DNA of 64,000 bases from the human T2T-CHM13v2.0 reference genome, Homo sapiens. A program made the translations under genes and the position numbers. Below are positions 43,055-63,450 of this stretch, piece after piece. The notes under the pieces are model-generated. The model saw only the letters and a list, made by a program, of their open reading frames with translations, ran no database searches and had not been told where the DNA came from. Position 1 is the stretch's first letter. Every line of letters starts with the position of its first letter. The stretch is taken from assembly GCF_009914755.1 (NCBI RefSeq), contig NC_060928.1; one strand, 5' to 3'.

Positions 43055-43255
43055 TCATGTGGTAGTTAAGAGCTCAGGAATTAAATTGCCAACATTTACT
43101 ACCTGGTTGAACTTGGGCAAGTTATTTAATTTGCCTCAGTTCTCTCATCTGTTCAATGTAGGATAATAATAGCAACTACTTACTAGGGCTTCTAAGAAGA
43201 ATAAATACCTTGTTTATAATAGTGTCTGGCACCTAGTGATGGTCCTGAAGTCAAT
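43055..43255 (+). mobile_element. MIR
   Basis: ACTTGGGCAAGTTATTTAATTTGCCTCAGTTCTCTCATCTG. Confidence 0.7.
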
Positions 43256-44499
43256 AATCAGAAGTACCATCATAGTTATGAAATACTAAATAAATTATAC
43301 AAACAAAAAATAAATGTGTACACATGCATGTGTGCATATGTGAATGAATGGATAGAAATGGTTTCATAACGTGATTATTTAATTAGCCATAAGAACCACT
43401 TCCTATCCACGCTAGATAGCAAAATTACATTACCTTTGTTAAATTAGGTGTTGAAAGGTCATTAGTTCTATATTACAAATTCTTATTATTAAAAAGTTGC
43501 TTTTATAACTATTCCAACAAAGCGTACTGTAAGAATAAAATCTGGAGCAGGAAAGAATGAACAGACACATAAGGCTCCCTATGGAATCAGCCCAAACCCA
43601 GTAAGTGTTCAAGATTACAGAAACTGAATTTCTGGCTTTACTTCAGCATTATTCTGGGTCCCAAAAATTTGCTTTCTTTTTAAGTATTTTTCAGTATCTC
43701 TTTTTTAGTGAATGTAGGATATAACCAACGTTAGAAGTAAATTGTAAAAAATGGTTTGCAAGTTTTCATTAAAATCTCATGACTATGCAAATACTCAGAA
43801 TTTTTGCATAAATAATCACCACGACCCCCAAATGATGTTTTCGAATGAATCATGCAAACCCACAGTTGAGAGATTAAGTATAAAAAAAGACAGATATCCA
43901 CCTCTGGCACAACTTCAAATGCGTCGATGGAGACAGAAAAATGTCAAACACAAAGATTACATGAAGCACTGCAGCTTCCATGGACAGGGAAGAAACTACC
44001 AATACTTTCTGTATGGTAAAATACTTAAACACACTTCAGCTTTCATGCATTATAAAGAGGATTGACTTGTAGAAACTCAGGACCAGTGGCTTTATGGATC
44101 TGCAACAGGGACCCCTATGCTGTATATGAACCTAGTCAAAGAGCTGCACTTCCAAATGCTGACATACTGCTAAGGAGATTGGGGCTTCTCTCTGGTCCTG
44201 TTCCTCTCTTTGACTCTTTGACTCTCTTTGATTCAAAGAGCAACTCAGAGTTTTCAGAATGATATTCTAATTTGATAGTAGTTGATCTTTTAAATTCTAG
44301 ATAGTGAAGGGTTCCAGTAGATTCTAGTTAACAGTAATGTGTGAAGTTTAAAATGTATCTGCTGATAGAGAGGAAATTACTCATGGAAGAAATATCTCTG
44401 ATGCATAACACACAGTCTGGCTGTACTGAGATAGTTGTTTCAAATGGAAAAGAATGCAGTTGGTAGTGCTTTTAATCAGAACTTTAAGAACCACTGGGT

Positions 44500-47400
44500 G
44501 ACTTAAAAGATATAATGGTAGAGAAAAACCTCATTTGCAACAACAATGGAAAAAAGAGATAATACTTGGAAATAAACTCCAAATGTTTCAAACCTATAGG
44601 ACCAACACTTTAATAAAACACTCTGCAAAACACAAATGTAGACTTGAACAAATGGAAAGACATTCCTGGTTCTTGATTAGGATGTCTCAATGTCATCAAA
44701 AGATGTTTGTACTCACTAAGTCAATTTATAAATTTTGTGACATCCCAATTAAAAAAAAACCAATAAGCTTTTTCTCCCCTGGGAAATAAACAAATGAACT
44801 TTACTACACATGAATTTTCACATGAAACAATAGCCAAAAGAGAATATCAAGAAAAACAATGAAAAGAAAGAGTTGTGAGGAGATAACAGCCACATCAGAT
44901 ATTAAAACCTACCACAAAATCTGTATAAGTAAAACGGTGTGGTCCTGGAACATGAATGCACATGCAAATCAATGAAGCAGAACAGCAAGTCCAGCAAAAG
45001 ACCTGACCACAGGTGGAAATTATTCTAGTATATGATACAGGTGCAACTCAAAATGCTGGGGCAGCGAAGAACATTTTAATAAGTGCTGTTGGGACAATTG
45101 GAAAGCCATTTCCAAAAGATAAATTTTCATCCATTCCTCATGTCATCCAGTAAGCACAAACTTCAAATAGATCAGATTTTTAATAAGTAAAAGTATACAA
45201 GTAATTTTTGATGGATAAATTCCTCTATAATTCCTCTATAATCTGAGGGTAGAAAAGGCCTTCTGTGACTAAAAATCCAGATGCAGTTTTTAAAAATTGA
45301 CATATTTGACTAAGAAAAATTGAATGGCAAAAACACCATAAGCAAAATGATAGGACAAATAAATTAGAAGAAAATATTTGCAAATAATATAAAGAACTAA
45401 TATTCATAATTTATAAAGAACTTTTAAAAGTTGATGAAAGGAGATCAAAAGTACTCTAGAAAATGGGCAAAAGACAGGAATAGAAAATACACAAAAAAGA
45501 TATAAAATTACATTAAAATATGAAAATATGTTCAATTTTACATAAAAGGAAAATTCATATTAAAATTATATTGAAAACAATTTCTCATCCATCAGTTTGA
45601 CAAAAAAACAAAAGCTTGTTGGTGAGGCTGAAGAAAAACAGGCCCATTTTTATACATGATTTTCAGGAAGGCAAAAGGGTGTAAATCTTATGTAGGGGAA
45701 TTTCACAATGTCTAACAAAAATATAGGAACCAGCTTGCAGGAGCTCTTACTTGACAAATGTAAAACAATAAGGTACCCAAATTCATTCATTACAACTCAT
45801 TGAATTAAGAATCCATGAGTCTATACTTATAATAAATAAATACATACATACATAGGCAGACAGCTGGAGAGAAGGAAAGGCTCTTCCTTCTGGTAGAATG
45901 TCAACTGATGAGTGCAGGGTGTAATGGAATTGAAAATCACCCTTTACAACCATCACTGTAAGATTGTGGGAAGAATCAATGGGGAAAAGTTTGATGAGAA
46001 GCAGGATGTTTGTATGGTCTCAAAGAAAATGACCACACATTGCTTATTTCTTGCAAGGGAGAACATAATAAATATAAATCAATGTCTTGACTGGGTGATC
46101 AAAATTAACATAACTGAAGGGAGATGATTAGCAAAGGGCTCTGGATATAACACCCCAAGAAGGCTACATTACTTAGTATTGTGGGTGAGTAGGGGTTGGG
46201 AGTCTGAACTGAATCTAAACAAATAAATGGATGGAGAATTATGGGAGCCAAGTTTTTCACTGTTGGTGTGGAAGTGTGCAGATGAACAAGGACATAAGGC
46301 TATAATCCATCTATTCACACAGAATGCTCCACCTGGTAATGGATTACAGCTGAAGACATTAGTATAAACAAATGTTTAGCTTAATCTGGATATAGAATGT
46401 TTCATAAAAATATTTATAGATATCTATATTTTCATGGTTTTTATATATATTATATATAAATATATATATAATTTTCTTGCTCTGTCAACTAAGAGGATGT
46501 AGAAGAACAATGACATTCCAGTAGCAATGAGCATATCTAGTACCAGATCTTGATTTTCAATATCCTCCAGTGAAAGGAAGCAGGGTTCCCTGAAGAAATA
46601 GCTGATTCTAGGACAAAGGCAGGAAATATACATGAGTCTGGGTCTTGTAGTTCCAGAAAGTAAGGAAGTAAAAAAAAAAAAAAAAAAAAAAAAGGCATGG
46701 GGTAGGGGATGGGAGAAAAGAAAAAAAAATGCCGTAAGGGTTGACAACACAGATGCCACTGAAAGAGCTCCCAATGGCCAAAGCTGGAACAATATGAGCT
46801 AAAAAAAAAAAAAAAAAAAGAAAATGACGTATTGGATTATAACCCAAAATACAAAATAAATATGTATCAGTCCATACTGATATAAATAAATAATTGATTA
46901 AGTAAATAAAGGGAGAAGAGAAAACTATCTTGTGCAGAAGAATTCCTAATAATTATGCTGAGGTTTTATAGATGTTATGTATGTATATTGCCTTCAAGGA
47001 GGTGGAGCATAACTCCTTATTTATTAAGTGTGGGCTACTTCCTAAAGAGTTGAGTATGAAAGCAGGAGTAGTGGGGGAAGAGTAATTGTACAGTAGAGAA
47101 AACTGAAAAATGCTTCTTCAGCCAGGTGATAAAGGTCAACATCATGTCAATGGTATATACTCTTGATACGATGTAATGAAAATGACACTTTACCTCTGCA
47201 GTCTTTCTCCCCAAAATTTATATCACCAATCTAATAATGAGAAAAACATCAGACTCATCCCAGCTAAGAGCATACAAAATGCTAAATAGTGTTCCTCAAT
47301 ACTGTCATGGTCACCAAAAATAAAGAAAGTCTAAGAAACTGCCATAACCAAGAGAAGCCAAAGGTGACGTGATGAGTAAATGTAATATGGCACCCTGGAT

Positions 47401-47625
47401 GGAATCCTAGAACAGAATAAGGATATTAGGTAGAAACTAAGGAAATCTTTAAAAAGTCCACACTTTAGTTAATAATACTGTATTGTTACTTGTAAATGTA
47501 CCATACTAACGTAAGATGTAAATAATAAGAAAAACTGGATACAGGTTATATGGAAACTCTGTATTAGCTTTGAATTATTCTGTACATCTAAAACCATTCT
47601 AAAAAACAAAGTTTATTTAAACTAA
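44500..47625 (+). mobile_element. ancient L1M (MC/MD/ME) fragments
   Basis: GACTTGAACAAATGGAAAGACATTCC; GAAAATGGGCAAAAGAC; GAGTAAATGTAATATGGCACCCTGGATGGAATCCTAGAACAG; boundaries approximate. Confidence 0.75.
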
Positions 47626-47788
47626 AAACAAATCCATGTCAGCTGAACAGCTTGTGCTAATCATTACTGCAGAATATCATCACAAAACACAGATGACCTG
47701 ACGTTTCCTCACAGTTAGTTCTCCACAGCTCATGGGGTCATACAGCACAGCCTAATTAAGAGATTTGGTAGTAAAAAGAGAATTAGAG

Positions 47789-54240
<6,452 letters not shown>

Positions 54241-55479
54241 AGAATTAGAGTGAAATGCTAGTAATAAGACGTACTGTTACAGAACTTTCTGGTACATATA
54301 ATTTCACTCATTTCAATGTCATAACTTTGTTTTGAATTATTCTGTGTTATATTTATCTTCAAGTCGGTCATCTTTCAAGCAAAATGTTGTGAAGCTTTGG
54401 TAAAAATTAGAACAAACCATAGCCTAAATATTACTTGATTAGGAAAGCTATTCTGGATCACACATTCCTGGAAACAAAGTCTCTGGACGTATAATTGAGG
54501 ACTGAAAGGGTAATCAATTGTGTAAGCTGAATTTTTGCATTTCTTCTTCCCAAAGCCCACAGCAACATTGCTAATTTTACCATTTAACATTTTTCATATT
54601 TGAATATATAGAGTTTCTGATTGTATTATCTGAAAATTTTATTACTAACTATATTTCAAGAGCACTTGTGATTTATAGCTTATGCTGAAATATCAATGCT
54701 ATACAAAAATTAAGATAAAACATCATTCATTCTTCTATTATTGAGTGTATTAGGGAGTAACTGCATGCTTGGCACCATGATAAATAAGTGCATTTGGAAA
54801 CAGTGAAAGAAGTATGAAGAATGAGTTCTTCATTCTCAAGGAGGACTATAAAAGAGGAGCAGGAATTAGTCAAAGATAAATGTGCTAAAAACAACAACAA
54901 CAACAAATGAAGATCATTTAGGAATGATAGACAAACAGAGAGAAGTTTCATTGACCTGTGGATACAGAGCTAGGCCGGGAATTTTTATGTCAATAGATGG
55001 AATGGAAGAGAGTTTTACAGAAGGACTTTGTAGTCCACATATTGAATCACTCTGCTACATTGCTTGAAATAAATGTCACTCAAATGAAGCTTGACCAAAT
55101 GAATGCCTGAAGGAAAACGAAGGGAAAAGAGAATGAAAGGTGGAGTTTTTTGAGGAAGGAATCAGGATAAACTGAGGCACCTTAACTAAATCTAAACATC
55201 TTATATTACAAAAGACTCTAGCCTTAATGCATAAATTAATTTAAATGAAAGCATTTACATACAATTTTGAACTTCTGACTTTAACACCTCATCAATATAA
55301 ACTCAACTGGGATTTACTGTATAGCTGGTATGGCTCTACGGTGAGCAGAGAACAGTTAAGTCATGACATCTGCCATCAAAGGGTCTATCTGCCAGATGCA
55401 TTCGCACCAAGTAGAAGCCCTAAAAATTTGCATCCTTTCTCCATTACAGGACATAAAATAATGCTTCTCAAAACATTTG

Positions 55480-56660
55480 AGTGAAGTAGTGTGACATGGT
55501 AGTTAAGAGCACAGGTTTTAGAACCAGGCTCAGGTTTGAATCACTGGTTTGCCACTCAATAGCTGAGCTCTATTATTTCTCCAAGTCCTACTTTCCTCAC
55601 TGAGAAAATGGGGATAATAATAACAGATTCCTCAAGGGATCTTGGAGGATTATCCCATCAATCTTGAAACCCTGTTTCTTCAATCTACCCACTTCTCTCA
55701 ACTGTTGATGCCTAAATCAAGCCTCCATCTTCTCCAGCCTACATTAGGACAATGGCTTCCTCATTGGCTTTTCCTTACGCATTCCCTACCCCTATTCCCA
55801 CCATCATCTATTCTCCACACTAGCCATAGGATCCCAGATAAAATATAAATATTATCATGATTCCCTCTTAAGGTCTCTTACTGGCTTCTCATAGCTCTTA
55901 GGATGAATACTAAATCCTTAAATTGGCATACAAGGCCTTGAGTTACTCTGTTTACTCTACCACGTTAGTCACATTTTGTGCTTCCATCTACTCCCCAACC
56001 CAATCCCTTTGCCTTTTGCTTCAGAATTCAACTCAAACATTGCCTCCTAAGGAACCCTTTCCTGACTTCAAGACCAGACTGGCAGATCTTAGTGCCACTC
56101 CTCAAATATTTCTGGTTTTCTTCTTTCAGACACGGTAGGACTGCACTTTTCCTAGCCCCTGTAAGTTAGGAAGGACCATAACCCTTACTTTGGCCAATGA
56201 AATATGAGCAGAAGCTACTGTGTTACTTCTTTTCCTGTCCTGAAAATGGCCATGTGCTTGTTAGTGGCAGCTCTGTTTGCCTGTGTCCTGGAGTAAGGGG
56301 GACAAAAATACTGATGGAGAACAGAACTCTCAGCCTACTTCTCACAGACATGTAGCATAAGCAAGAAATAAGTTTTCATTGTTTTAAGCCACTGAAATGT
56401 TAAGGCTGTTATTTCAAAATAATCTGTCTTATCCTGACTGGTAGACTAATTTAGAAACCCCACTAGAATGTTCTCCTAACAGTCTCCTCTGTGACAGTTT
56501 TCACAACTGCAATCACATAGGTATATGTGAGTCATTTGTTTCATGACCTCCTCCTACTAGAATGTAGCCTCCACCAGGGCTTGTTCACTTCTGGAACCCT
56601 AGCACCCAGCACACTACCTGACATAATTCTCAGTAAAAATTGGACAAATGAACACATTTA
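55480..56660 (+). mobile_element. MIR, then L2 interrupted by an old MLT1 LTR (about 56095-56440)
   Basis: TTTCCTCACTGAGAAAATGGGGATAATAA; TTGGCCAATGAAATATGAGCAGAAG..TTTTAAGCCACTGA; CTAGAATGTAGCCTCCACCAGGGC. Confidence 0.65.
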
Positions 56661-56726
56661 TTATTGGATAATGTTTATAAAGTGGCTGGAATAAAACAAA
56701 GGTACAGAAAGTGGTCAATAACAATG

Positions 56727-56888
56727 AGGCATTATTTCTTCTCACTATTGTGAGAAGGCATTATTTCTTCTCACTGTTGTAAGAAATTATTTCTTCTCAC
56801 TATTGTGAGAAGGCATTATTTCTTCTCACTGTTGTAAGAAATTATTTCTTCTCACTGTTGTGAGAAGGCATTATTTCTTCTCACTGTT
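56727..56888. repeat. minisatellite of alternating 29/26-bp units (55-bp higher-order period)
   Basis: ATTATTTCTTCTCACT starts at 56731, 56760, 56786, 56815, 56841 and 56870. Confidence 0.95.
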
Positions 56889-56924
56889 TTAGTATAATTA
56901 TTACATAATCATAGTTAATTAAAG

Positions 56925-57170
56925 GCAGCTTAGTGTAATGGTTAGGAGCCAGACTCTGAAACCAGATTCCCTGAGGATTTGAATCCTGGCTCCACCACTT
57001 ACTAGCTGTGTGACCTTGGTCAAATTACTTAAACTTTCGTTCCTTTAATTTCTTCATTTGTAAAGTATGAGACAATAATTGTACATATCTCATCGGACTG
57101 TCATGAGGATTAAATGAGTTAACTTGCACCTAAAACTATGGTTGGCACATACTAAGCACTATGTTAGATT
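56925..57170 (+). mobile_element. MIR, well preserved
   Basis: TTTGAATCCTGGCTCCACCACTTACTAGCTGTGTGACCTTGGTCAAATTACTTAA. Confidence 0.9.
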
Positions 57171-57449
57171 TTGTTAAATACACACAAATATGCACACATA
57201 CTACACATAGTATTAACATAAAAGGGGCTTTAGCAGCTTCTGTTGAACTATATATCTCCAAAACAGATGCACATGGAGGTTCCTGGTAAGTTGAAGTTAC
57301 CATACTCCATCTTTTCGCCCCCACTGAATGCAAGTAGAAAACCTGGGCAGAGCACATGACCCCAGAATGCAAAAAACCATACTTTGAAGTCTCAGTAAAC
57401 TGGTGGTAAGTATATCATTCTTCTTGTTTTCCTCCCAGCCTGTACTCAA

Positions 57450-58310
57450 TCCAGCCCAAAAGCCAGAAATTTGATTTGAATAATTGTGGATTTCTCATCA
57501 GAACCTCTTGGAGTCCAGAAGGAAGTAGAACATTTTTTAAAGGCTGAAAGAAAAATACATTCAATGAAAACATTTTTCAGAATTGAAGGTGATGTAGCTA
57601 TTTTCAGTTGAAAGAAAATTAAGAGAATTGCTTCAGGAAGTTCTTCAGATTGAAGGGAAATCATATCAGAAGGAAAAGTGGAACATCAGAAATAAAGGAA
57701 GAAAAACAGAAATAGTTTTGAAAATTGAAATTGAAAATGATCACATTATCTAATGGAGTTTTTAATGTATATAAATGTAGTATATGAGAGAACTACAATA
57801 TGAAGAGATTTAGAGATATATGAGTAATGTTTCCATGTTCCACTTGAAGTAGTAAAATATTGATTGTAAATAGACCATGTTAAGTATATGTATTCTAATC
57901 CCTAGAGCAACCTCTAACAACACTATACAAACAGAAATAGGCAAACACGATGTTTTTAAAATGGAGTATTAAAAAAATGTTTAAATAACCCCAAAGAACA
58001 CAGGAAAGGGAAAACAGAAGAATGAAAATTAGAAGGAATAATCAGAAAACAAATTATAAAATGGTAGACCTAAATCCAAACATTTCAATAGTTACAATAA
58101 ATGTAAGTGGTCTACACACACAAAAGACAGAGATTATAGACTGAATTTTTTTAAATGAAAGCAAATCATATACATAGACAAACTGGAGCACAAGAAGGAG
58201 AAAACAGTACAGTTAGGAGATTTAGAAACACTAATTCAAGAAAAAACTGAAAGAACATGATAAGATTAACCCAAAGAAGAAAAGACTGAGTCAGGGTATC
58301 TTTAAATTTT
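57450..58310 (+). mobile_element. ancient L1M fragments (ORF1 end and ORF2 start)
   Basis: GTCCAGAAGGAAGTAGAACATTTTTTAAAGGCTGAAAGAAAA; AAATGGTAGACCTAAATCCAAACATTTCAATAGTTACAATAAATGTAAGTGGTCTA. Confidence 0.7.
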
Positions 58311-58834
58311 TAAAAATATACAGTGAGAACCTGTTCTTTACTTAGTGCCAGGTCCATCCTAGAAGCTTCCACACACATGGAAGTGGTACAAAATTTGCTT
58401 TCATCTTGAGTCCTAAAAGGCAGAATTAATGAATGTCAGTGAGAGGTAGACAGATCAATTGCTGTAAGAATCCAAAGACAGAGAGGGCAGACCTGTCATC
58501 TCATTGGAGGTATCTTCCCTAAAGCTGAATAAAGGCTGAAATTTGGGTGATACTGTGGAAGAAACTTGAGAAAAGGAAAGGTAGTCACATTTGTATTTTA
58601 ATCTTTTACTTTTATTACTGACAAGTGGATATGGGCTGACATGGTATTTCTACTTTAGGCTTCAAATTTATAACTTTTTCCTGACATATCTATTTATAGT
58701 ATGGCAATAAAGAAGACCATAAAACTCTCTTCAATAGATTTAGAAAGACACTGACCTTCTAAAAGGTCTAACAATGCGATGCCTGCTCCAGAATAAAAAT
58801 AAAATGCTGCAGAAATGTTTCCTTTCTTATCATA

Positions 58835-59730
58835 TAGAAGACCTATGCTGTTTTAATTTGCCTAGCACTCATCCTCCATTTTTCTGATATCACTATTTAT
58901 TTTGGGTACCTACATCTCTTTTACTCTGCCCATGAGCATTGGATGGGCTGATTTCCCCTCTGACTCAAGGATAAAGATGTGACCTTGACCTGGCCAATCA
59001 GAACACAGGATTCGTTCAGAAATTGGGAACATCACTAACCATAGCTATTCAGAGTTAATACTAGGACACTTTTTTGAGCAACCAGAATAGAAATTCCTTT
59101 TGTTTTCATTTGTATATGAACATAGAGGATGTATGTTAGTCAGGATAGAAAGGATTATGTTATAATAAAATGTTAAAACCTCAGTCAGTTAGTAAAACAA
59201 AAATTCTCTCTCACATTAAATGTTCATAGTGACAAGCAGGGAAGCTCTGCTCGTTGATATCACTCATGCATCTAAGCTGATGAAGGCCCACCCCATCTTG
59301 ATACATGCTTCAATGTTTGCCACGGTAGGAAGAGGGGGACATAATAAATAATGTACTGGCTGTTAAAAGCTTTCTGCCCAGAAGTGCCACATGCCTCTTA
59401 TGTCCACACTTTATTGGTAGAAGTAAATCACATTGCCAAACCTAACTTCAGGGGACAGAGAAGCAGAATCCTACCCAAAAGGAAGAAAGCTGGAAATATT
59501 TGGTGAACAGCTAACAATTACATAAGACATAACAGGATATACTACACAGAAGAGCACTTGCAGAGGTAAAGGAAGATGGAGTCCTGATAACACTGTTCCA
59601 GCTTCTGAATCCAATTATACCTGAAGCTGGATGGCCTTGGAGAGTTGGGTTTTGTGAACCAATAAATATGATTAATTCAGTTGGATTTTCTTTCATATCT
59701 GACAATGAAAAGAACCCTGAGTCACATACT
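58835..59730. mobile_element. nested ancient MaLR/ERVL-type LTR fragments
   Basis: ATGTGACCTTGACCTGGCCAATCAGAAC; ATCACATTGCCAAACCTAACTTCAGGGG; CAATGAAAAGAACCCTGAGTCACATA. Confidence 0.55.
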
Positions 59731-61983
59731 TCTCAACAAATAACAGAGCTAGCACAGTAATTTGGGGTTTTGAGGGAGATGGTAGAAGGCAGATGGATGT
59801 TAACATATCCTTTGGATGCCAACAGGTCTTAAAGCAACCACAGAGCCTCTAAGTACCATCAACTTGTCACAGATATCCTGGAATTCCATATGCAATGAAA
59901 GTTGAAGAAGCTGATGAAGAAAGAAAACCAAAGATGCAAGATTTCTAACTAGACCTAGACAAAACTTCTGCATCTTATCTAACAGATCCTGAGAAATAGA
60001 CTCAGAAGAGGAGTGCTTCTCATTTTCTACAGGAGGAGAGTAGCACTCTGTGTACTGGAACTGAAACCATGGAAACTTGAGGGAATTCCAGACCACGCTG
60101 ACTCCTATCAAGCTGCTGTGCCCCACCCCAGGAGAGCTGAACACAGGAGTAGCACAAGAGGGGCCACATTTTAACCTACCACTTCCTGTGATCTGTCTTA
60201 CCTGGCCCAGAGCAGCTTGGAGTAAGACAATTTTCACCCTTGCAAGACTTAGCCAAGAATATCTATTAGATAGAGAAGAGGTGCATTCTTGTTCCCATAT
60301 ACAGCAGCTTGGGGTTGGCAAACCTGGGCTCAAATCCTAACTCTGCTACCTCTCTACTGAGTGTTCTTGAGAAAGTTTCTTAACCTCTGAGCCTTAGGTT
60401 CCTTATCTGTACAGGTGATCAACACTATCTACCTCAAAGGTAAGAGGTGATTTAAAAAAACAAAAAACAAAAAACACATACAGTGTTCCATACAAAGCCA
60501 AGCACCTAATATGTCTTCCTCTCGCCACCTCCTTCCCATCCCACCATCCACTGCCTTTCTTCTTTATCTGGAGGTGTAGAAGGGAAGGCTGCTGGTTTGT
60601 GGGCAGACCAGGAGTTTTGTGCACACTAGAGAAGGAACTCATCATGCTGTAAAGTACAGTAAAGTTCAAGAGCAAGTCCCAACCTTGGTTTATATTTTAG
60701 AAAAACCTTCTTTTAAACATGTCTTGATATACCAAAACACCACATGCAATTTTATATAAATAGAGTCACAGCAAAGGGCTTCTTTAAAAAGCAAGAAAAC
60801 GGTAATCAGCTAGATTCATTTTTCCATCCAATCAGATGGATTGGGATTGTTAATAAATAAAACATAAAGACAAGGCGGTCTTTTCATGGAAAAATCTTAT
60901 TTTTTTAAAGAAAATTTCCAGAAATAGCACTGGACTTCCATTTCAGTTAAGCTGCACTCAATTCACCCAAAACAACCCCACATTGATTGAGCATCAGTAT
61001 TGTATGCCAGGTACTATGTGACATGGACACAAACACAATGTGAGATGTGTTTGTGAGATGGACAAACAAAAATGTGAGACACAAAAATGTGAGATGGACA
61101 CAAACACAAGTAAGAAGTAATGTTGCCATTAAACCACAGGCTCTTTGAGGGCAGGGGATTTTTTCTTATTTGCCATTGTTTTCCCAGAACCCATTCCTGC
61201 CTGGCACATAGTAGGTGCTCAGTAAATAAGGGACAACTGATGAAATGACCAGCTCAAGCAGTTCGTGGTCTCCTGGTAGTTAAAATTAAGTGACATAAGT
61301 CATATTGGTGACTGCATTTCTCCGTCTTTGAGTAGTTATTGATTAAATAAAGAGGTTGTGGTGGTCAATAAAATTTGAAATGAGATTCAATCACAAAGAG
61401 AGATAAATCAAATATTTGTATCAGAAAAAAAGTATTTTGAAAATCCTTTGAAAACATGACATCTCATAATTGCAATAAGTAGAATTTTCTTCCAGGTTCA
61501 GTTTACAGCAAGGTACAATAACAGTAAAGCAGTAATAAAGGTAACATATTAGTGGCTGAGTGCTTACTAAGGGTGGGCTGAGCAGTGATCCCACCCACCA
61601 CCCAGAGGGCGGGACACAAATGACTTCTGATTTACAAAGGACAAAACTGAGAAGTAAGAACTTGCCAAGGTCACAGACATAATTAGCAGGGATACATTCG
61701 ATTCTGACTCTAGAAGACTTCCCTCCCTGCTTCTGCCTTTTAACTGCCACACTATATCTATTCCTTCTTATAATCTACAAGGCATCTACGTAAAAAAAAA
61801 ATAAAATAAAAGGCTTTTGTTTCAGTGGTATCCATATCACATGGGGGAACAAAAGCCACTTTGGGAAACAACTCTGATAGAATTCACTGTTACTTAGTAG
61901 AGACTTGAAATGCATTTTTAAGTAACTGGAAAGAAGAGGCCCAACATAAACATTTGTAATCTTGCTACTAAAATCAAGTTTCT

Positions 61984-62485
<502 letters not shown>

Positions 62486-62623
62486 TCAGAGGAAGAGATG
62501 GTAATAAAGCCAGCTTAAAACTCCTGTGGTTTGATGGTTAAGAAAAAAATAAAGTCTCCATAAGGTTAGCATATACTGTTAGCCCTGTGAGGACTGCCAG
62601 TGTTTGGTATAGGCATGTGTTAC

Positions 62624-62681
62624 CCCTGAAGTATGCTTTCATTTCAGAACTTTCCAAACCCCTGAAGAGTGCTGTAATCCC
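62624..62681 (-). other. candidate 58-nt exon
   Basis: minus strand atttatctgttttctacag|GGGATT...TCAGGG|gtaaca; motif evidence only. Confidence 0.3.
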
Positions 62682-63239
62682 CTGTAGAAAACAGATAAAT
62701 TGAGGTATTCCAACAACACAGATGAAACCCAGAACCCTGGGGCCAATCAGCAGTGACATCACACCACATTCCAATGCTGGCCTCTCACTACAAGGAGCTC
62801 ACACAGAAACCAGAGCTTTGTTTTCCTTCAGTAATCAGGGGTGAGAGAGTGTTGGATTTTTGTAGAAAAGTAATTACTGCAGGAAGATAATTACCTTCCC
62901 TCAAACAGGCCTCCTCTGCCTGTCATAACCAGGAAAGCAAGGGGCCCCTTCTATGCATACCTGAAGGGTTCTTGTTTCACCAAATCCAACTCAATCATAC
63001 ACTAATGGGTGAAAATGTATCCAATATTTTTACAGTCTAGTGACAAAAGGGCTGTGCAATTCTCAAAGTAATAAACGCATTTGACGAAAACTATACCTTA
63101 AATACACACAGTTTTATTTGTCAATTATACTTCAATAAAGCTGGGGGAAAAGAGACAAAAAACTAAATTAAAAAAAGTTCTTAGTGGCACATTTTTATAA
63201 TTTAAGACAGATATCACTTCTGCTATCATTACTACCACC

Positions 63240-63450
63240 AGAATGGCAGCTGTCATTTACTGGAGGTTATGTTTAAGGCGTTGTTCTAACTATGCTATGA
63301 TCTTACTACTGGGATACTCATTTTGCAGATGAGAAACTTAAGCCACAGCAATGAGATATAACTTGCTCAGGGCCACATGATGAACAAATAGTAGAACAAA
63401 GATTCAAACCCTGTCAATCTATGAAGCCCTAGTCCTAAATCACTGTGATA
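63240..63450 (-). mobile_element. MIR
   Basis: CTCATTTTGCAGATGAGAAACTTAAGCCACAG..AACTTGCTCAGGGCCACATG. Confidence 0.75.

Noticed and set aside
43751-44065. 104-aa plus-strand ORF in unique sequence
   Set aside because: No recognisable domain or splice context; length is within chance expectation.
56727-56888. CRISPR-like array of ~29-bp palindromic repeats
   Set aside because: Units abut with no unique spacers, no cas genes, primate DNA; it is a minisatellite.
59800-60333. 177-aa minus-strand ORF
   Set aside because: Non-ATG start, begins in MIR-like sequence, no recognisable domain.
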